From a virus (lineage: Duplodnaviria > Caudoviricetes), in the IMG/VR virus record IMGVR_UViG_3300020044_001268, positions 1-28,967 of that record: a stretch of 28,967 nucleotides of DNA; one strand, 5' to 3'. Of this stretch, positions 25,526-28,967 are shown piece after piece. The notes under the pieces were generated by a model. It was not told the origin of the DNA. It saw nothing but the letters and a program-made list of their open reading frames with translations, and ran no database searches. The position numbers and the translations under genes were made by a program. Position 1 is the stretch's first letter. Each line of letters opens with the position of its first letter.

Positions 25526-25550
25526 AAACCTGAACTATGAAAAAACAACA
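25495..25550 (-). ncRNA. Putative small RNA 1 (~55 nt)
   Basis: TATCTTTG box at 25554-25561; ends in a CTCCCAG/CTGGGAG stem (25503-25525) plus UUUUUAUUU; 5' end approximate. Confidence 0.62.
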
Positions 25551-25567
25551 GTACAAAGATACAACTT

Positions 25568-25837
25568 CTATTTTGAGCCGTCTTGGAGCAAGTCTTTGTC
25601 ATGATTATCAACTCTTCGGTAACCTTCTTTCCATAGTATTTTGGTTAATAAAACGCTTTTACGCACTATATCCTCCTCTTCATCTTCTGGGTTCAATAAA
25701 TGCATTACTTCATGAATAAGTATCTCTAAATGCTTTTTGCCTTTTAGCCTTGAATCAATAAGAACCTCGCCATCACTACAAGCAATGCCATGAGCCTTTT
25801 CTTTACCCAGTTTTTTATATGTAATCTTAATTTTCAT
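25568..25837 (-). CDS. Small HExxH metallopeptidase-like protein
   Basis: HGIAC...VLIDSRL...ILIHEVMH...EE zincin-like motif. Confidence 0.75.
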   Translation of the reverse strand: MKIKITYKKLGKEKAHGIACSDGEVLIDSRLKGKKHLEILIHEVMHLLNPEDEEEDIVRKSVLLTKILWKEGYRRVDNHDKDLLQDGSK

Positions 25838-26027
25838 CTTTTAAAGCTGCCAAATCTGGTCTGTCTATTTCTTTAGGGGTATATTTTAATCCGCCTCTAA
25901 CTTTAGCTAATGCTTTCTTTATCTCGTTCTCAATATCGTAAACCTCGTTAAGTTTAGCAACTAAGATGCTTTCTTGTTCAAATAGTGTCATTTTTCCAAA
26001 TCCTTTAGGTAGTTTAAAAGTTGCCAT
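25827..26027 (-). CDS. Hypothetical protein
   Basis: 66-aa ORF overlapping both neighbours. Confidence 0.65.
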   Translation of the reverse strand: MATFKLPKGFGKMTLFEQESILVAKLNEVYDIENEIKKALAKVRGGLKYTPKEIDRPDLAALKDEN

Positions 26028-26205
26028 TTCTAATTATTAATAATTTTTTCAAATATATTGCAAAGTCCAGAGCCTCTTCGTATGCATGGTTTAACCATTG
26101 TTCTTGAGTTAAATCATTTCTATCCATTGTTGTACCATAAGTTTCCAGACCTTTTTGTTCTCGTTGTTTTATGTCTCTTATTACATGTTCGGTTACTTGG
26201 CTCAT
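26014..26205 (-). CDS. Small all-alpha NTP-pyrophosphatase (MazG-like) candidate
   Basis: REQKGLETYGTT...WLNHAYEEALDFAIYL contains an EExxD helix; assignment by resemblance. Confidence 0.55.
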   Translation of the reverse strand: MSQVTEHVIRDIKQREQKGLETYGTTMDRNDLTQEQWLNHAYEEALDFAIYLKKLLIIRNGNF

Positions 26206-26948
26206 TATTTATCGGTTTTTGTATGAAACTTCCCACAAATTTTACATCTCATTTGTACTTTAACTACTCCAGTTGCACTTGTTCTTGTATTATTTCTAAC
26301 TACATTTTCTGCATCTGCTCCACATTCTGGGCAAGATGACCTTAAGCCTCCGTAAAGTACCCCATAATGAGTTTTAGCTGCTATATGGGTATTTAAGTGT
26401 TTAAATACCTTTTCAAGCAATATTACATCCTTTTTGCAGTATTTCAACATATCTTCCATTGCCTTTTTATCCTTATGTAACAAAATATTTTTCCAAAGGT
26501 TAAACTCTGTTTTAATCTTTTGTCCAATGCCTAAAAAATCAGCTATGTAGTTTAATCTGTTTGAATTAAATCTAAACTTAGACCTTGCAATTTTTAATGT
26601 ATCTATTGTAGTGTAATTAGGGAACATGGCAATACCATGATAAAGACATCTTGTTCTAATCCAAGCTAAATCAAATTTGTCTCCGTTATGTCCTACTAAT
26701 TCGGTAGCAGTATTCGCTACTTGTATAAATTTCTCAAGCATTCTTTTGTCGCATTGCTTGGAATCCCAGTATAAACCTTCTACTTCTTTGTCATCTTCCC
26801 ACTTGTAACAAATGCAAATTATGGCTCGTTCTTTGACTATATTTGAATAGTCTATATTCTTTTTGTACCCAGCTTCCCAAAATAAGCCAATGTTAGGCGA
26901 TGTTTCTATATCAAAGAATAGTCTTCTCCTTGTTGTTCTTTCAGCCAT
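26205..26948 (-). CDS. DnaQ-like / RNase_H_2 (YprB-like) 3'-5' exonuclease with C-terminal zinc ribbon
   Basis: FFDIETS, GHNGDKFD and YCKKDV (DEDDy) motifs plus CPEC...CKIC. Confidence 0.85.
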   Translation of the reverse strand: MAERTTRRRLFFDIETSPNIGLFWEAGYKKNIDYSNIVKERAIICICYKWEDDKEVEGLYWDSKQCDKRMLEKFIQVANTATELVGHNGDKFDLAWIRTRCLYHGIAMFPNYTTIDTLKIARSKFRFNSNRLNYIADFLGIGQKIKTEFNLWKNILLHKDKKAMEDMLKYCKKDVILLEKVFKHLNTHIAAKTHYGVLYGGLRSSCPECGADAENVVRNNTRTSATGVVKVQMRCKICGKFHTKTDK

Positions 26949-26965
26949 TATGTAGGTTTTTGTTT

Positions 26966-27568
26966 TTATGCCATACTTGACCTTATCAAGTCCGCTTCAC
27001 TTTCTCTTCTAATAACCAAGCCATCTAATCCTTTACCTTCCCATAATCTTTTGCTCTTTTCAATTTGTTCTGCAATTCCATCGTAATCTTGCTTTGCCAC
27101 TAATTCAACAATTGCTTTCATTTCTTTGCGAGAATCACCTTCAATCTTTGCACCTCTGTTATATACCATAGAAACTAAAGCACCTCTTGTGTCTTCGTTT
27201 AATGTATCTAATTGAGGATATATCTTTCTGGTCATTGCGTAATACTTAGGTATTGATTTCTTAACGAAAACATCATACGCCATATTGTACGGAATAACCA
27301 CATTTAATACCTCGCCTTTCATCATTGACTTAACTATTTCGCCTTTTACTCCACAAAATCTTTTAAGTGCGTTTAAGAAGTTTAAATTCAAAGATGCCCA
27401 ATCAGAAAATAAATCAGCTTCTTTAGCATATCCTACATCGTAACCTAAACCTATTGTAAGTCCAGACTCACCACCCGCCCAGATTGGCTTTTGGTAGCGT
27501 TTTTCGTACACCGCACGACCACCTACTTCGTGCTGAATTATTAAATCAATGGCTTTTTTACTTATCAT
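26966..27568 (-). CDS. Endolysin, lysozyme-like (GH24/pesticin-type)
   Basis: HEVGG...SGLTIGLGYDVG...ALVSMVYNRG...GLVIRRESEA. Confidence 0.85.
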   Translation of the reverse strand: MISKKAIDLIIQHEVGGRAVYEKRYQKPIWAGGESGLTIGLGYDVGYAKEADLFSDWASLNLNFLNALKRFCGVKGEIVKSMMKGEVLNVVIPYNMAYDVFVKKSIPKYYAMTRKIYPQLDTLNEDTRGALVSMVYNRGAKIEGDSRKEMKAIVELVAKQDYDGIAEQIEKSKRLWEGKGLDGLVIRRESEADLIRSSMA

Positions 27569-27569
27569 C

Positions 27570-27656
27570 TTAAATCAAATGTTTAGCAAAGATAGTTATT
27601 AAGATAATCCAAACTGCAATGCCAATGGCAAATGCTTTCTTTTCGTTATTCGGCAT
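27570..27656 (-). CDS. 28-aa single-TM peptide in the lysis cassette
   Basis: MPNNEKKAFAIGIAVWIILITIFAKHLI; fills the gap between the holin-like gene and the endolysin. Confidence 0.55.
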   Translation of the reverse strand: MPNNEKKAFAIGIAVWIILITIFAKHLI

Positions 27657-27876
27657 CTTTTTTAATTGAGAATTTATCAATAGTTGAAGTACCCATTGCT
27701 GCAATGCAAATAGCCATAACCGCATCTACTAATTTGTCGCTTGGTGCAAATTCTACTTTACTAAATGAGTTAGCCAAAAGTGTTACACATAAAAAGAACG
27801 CACTCAATAAAGCGATAACTCGCTTTGTAGATATACTGCCTCGTTCGTCTGATAAAAGATTTGCTATCCATTTCAT
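27646..27876 (-). CDS. Holin-like two-TM protein
   Basis: ISTKRVIALLSAFFLCVTLLA and LVDAVMAICIAAMG hydrophobic segments; upstream of the endolysin. Confidence 0.65.
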   Translation of the reverse strand: MKWIANLLSDERGSISTKRVIALLSAFFLCVTLLANSFSKVEFAPSDKLVDAVMAICIAAMGTSTIDKFSIKKDAE

Positions 27877-28130
27877 TTAATTCTATTTTTTAAATCCATA
27901 ATAAATTCATCTCTTTGACCTATCAAATACTTTTCTCTGTCTATTAGCCTTTGTCTTTCCTCTTCGGTTAACTTTAAGATTAACTCTTCTTTAGACTTTA
28001 TCATTTGCTTGTACTCGTTCATTTGACTTGTAAAAAGCGTGTTCTGGTAATACATTATGCCAACCAAAATAAGTATAGTAAAAGATTGCTCCTTTAGCTT
28101 ACTCATAAATGTATCTCCATAACTTGACAT
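27873..28130 (-). CDS. Membrane protein with coiled coil (lysis accessory)
   Basis: One TM segment (FTILILVGIMYY) followed by a charged coiled coil. Confidence 0.65.
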   Translation of the reverse strand: MSSYGDTFMSKLKEQSFTILILVGIMYYQNTLFTSQMNEYKQMIKSKEELILKLTEEERQRLIDREKYLIGQRDEFIMDLKNRIK

Positions 28131-28131
28131 C

Positions 28132-28674
28132 TTAGAACTTTTTATAATATCCTAAAGAATATTGATTAGTCGTAGCGTTAAGCAAAAATAAGCCTTTTTT
28201 AGGGGTATAATACCCTAAGCCAACTCCTAAGCCTACTTTATTGTCAAATGCCCTTAAATCGGTTAAAAAGCCTAAATAAACCGCACTTTTCTCTGGCTTT
28301 GTAATTATAGTTGTATTAAAGATTGTTTTATAGGCAATTTCAGCCTTAAATGCTCTATTTAGAATTTTGTTCTGGGAAATAGAATCTTGAATGTAAAACT
28401 TACTTGAATCTTGGGTAATTGTGTCTTTGTAAACTCTTGTAGCGTAGTAGTCGCTTAAAACTTGTATTGTGTCGTGAATGAAAATAGAATCTTCTAAAAC
28501 TCGGTAAATCTCAAAAGGTATGTCTTTGCCTTTCTTGTACTTTACTATTGTGTCCTTAGAGTAAACTGTGTCAGTTGTAGTAACTATAATTGGCTTGTCG
28601 CCTATATATTTTGACTTGTCAAAGATAAAAAATATCAGTACCGCTATTAGCAATGTAATAACAACTGACTTCAT
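28132..28674 (-). CDS. Membrane-anchored protein, spanin-like candidate
   Basis: N-terminal TM, DT(V/I) repeats, and C-terminal amphipathic beta strands ending YSLGYYKKF. Confidence 0.6.
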   Translation of the reverse strand: MKSVVITLLIAVLIFFIFDKSKYIGDKPIIVTTTDTVYSKDTIVKYKKGKDIPFEIYRVLEDSIFIHDTIQVLSDYYATRVYKDTITQDSSKFYIQDSISQNKILNRAFKAEIAYKTIFNTTIITKPEKSAVYLGFLTDLRAFDNKVGLGVGLGYYTPKKGLFLLNATTNQYSLGYYKKF

Positions 28675-28841
28675 TACTTTTTCTTTTTAGTCTGCTTGTA
28701 AATTGCAATACAACCAGAGATAGTACCAACCAATGCCGCAGTAAGTTGAAATACTGGAACAAAGTTCCCAAAACTTATCAAAGTAGCACCTATGCTTAAA
28801 AATATACTCAGAATCGGTTGGTTACTATCGTGATGGTTCAT
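28674..28841 (-). CDS. 55-aa holin-like two-TM protein
   Basis: Own translation: MNHHDSNQPILSIFLSIGATLISLGNFVPVFQLTAALVGTISGCIAIYKQTKKKK, with a basic C-terminal tail and TAATG coupling. Confidence 0.65.
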   Translation of the reverse strand: MNHHDSNQPILSIFLSIGATLISFGNFVPVFQLTAALVGTISGCIAIYKQTKKKK

Positions 28842-28842
28842 C

Positions 28843-28967
28843 TTAATCAGCTTTTACTTCTTCTTTAGGTGCTTGTTCTTGAGCAGCCTTTTGTAAGATG
28901 TTTAAAATAGGTTGAGCATACTTAAATGGAGTTTCCAATAAGATAGCTTCTAACTGTTGTAATTGTT
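28843..28967 (-). CDS. Partial small hypothetical protein (5' end outside the window)
   Basis: ...QLQQLEAILMETPFKYAQPILNILQKAAQEQAPKEEVKAD followed by a stop. Confidence 0.65.
   Translation of the reverse strand, partial: QLQQLEAILLETPFKYAQPILNILQKAAQEQAPKEEVKAD

Noticed and set aside
25421-25561. Mini-CRISPR array or repeat-mimic anti-CRISPR RNA
   Set aside because: The two hairpins share only CCCAG/CTGGG, are not identical direct repeats with regular spacers, and have terminator features.
25471-25719. Plus-strand ORF 25537-25719 and mini-ORF MQYE at 25471, both with AACTATG starts
   Set aside because: The promoter boxes and terminator U-tails both point to the minus strand, and the longer ORF is antisense to the HExxH gene. 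Kept only as the alternative to test for the sRNA hypothesis.
2065-27880. Plus-strand ORFs in the ORF track (e.g. 2065, 4859, 8438, 8795, 14445, 22207, 27632)
   Set aside because: They lie antisense to well-supported minus-strand genes, have no recognisable motifs and read as shadow frames.
28620-28627. TATCTTTG box inside the spanin-like gene
   Set aside because: It is intragenic and far from any start; an 8-mer with two free positions occurs by chance in AT-rich DNA.
1-28967. Stop-codon reassignment as in some crAss-like phages
   Set aside because: Genes are full length and tightly packed under the standard code; TAG and TGA both end genes at sensible positions.
1-28967. tRNA genes, integrase/att site, IS elements, introns or inteins
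   Set aside because: No cloverleaf, recombinase or transposase motifs seen; TerL, portal and capsid are of normal length with no insertion. Lifestyle cannot be settled because part of the genome is outside the window.

Overview
An AT-rich fragment of a tailed dsDNA phage with siphovirus-like morphogenesis genes and an HK97-type head. Every credible gene lies on the minus strand. The host is very likely Bacteroidota: TAnnTTTG -7 promoter boxes recur in the intergenic gaps and the starts are A-rich without Shine-Dalgarno motifs. Reading right to left, the order is: lysis cassette; DnaQ-like exonuclease / NTP-PPase-like / HExxH cassette; a ~550 bp non-coding control region; small early genes (including a stand-alone DnaA domain IV protein); annealing/SSB-like genes; a replication initiator with internal iterons; NinG; ParB-N; terminase; portal; head; neck; tail tube; frameshifted tail chaperone; tape measure; tail tip; and fibres, the last running off the left edge. 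No integrase, CI-type repressor, tRNA, CRISPR array or reverse transcriptase is visible. The most interesting part is 24990-25561. It holds (i) two tandem promoter-to-terminator small-RNA units whose unpaired parts are antisense to the start-codon regions (mostly AACTATG) of the phage's own early/middle genes, (ii) a dense array of about ten different operator-like inverted repeats, and (iii) DnaA-box-like repeats over the putative early promoter. A kissing-loop leader also precedes the replication initiator. All functional calls come from motif recognition by eye; no database search was run.
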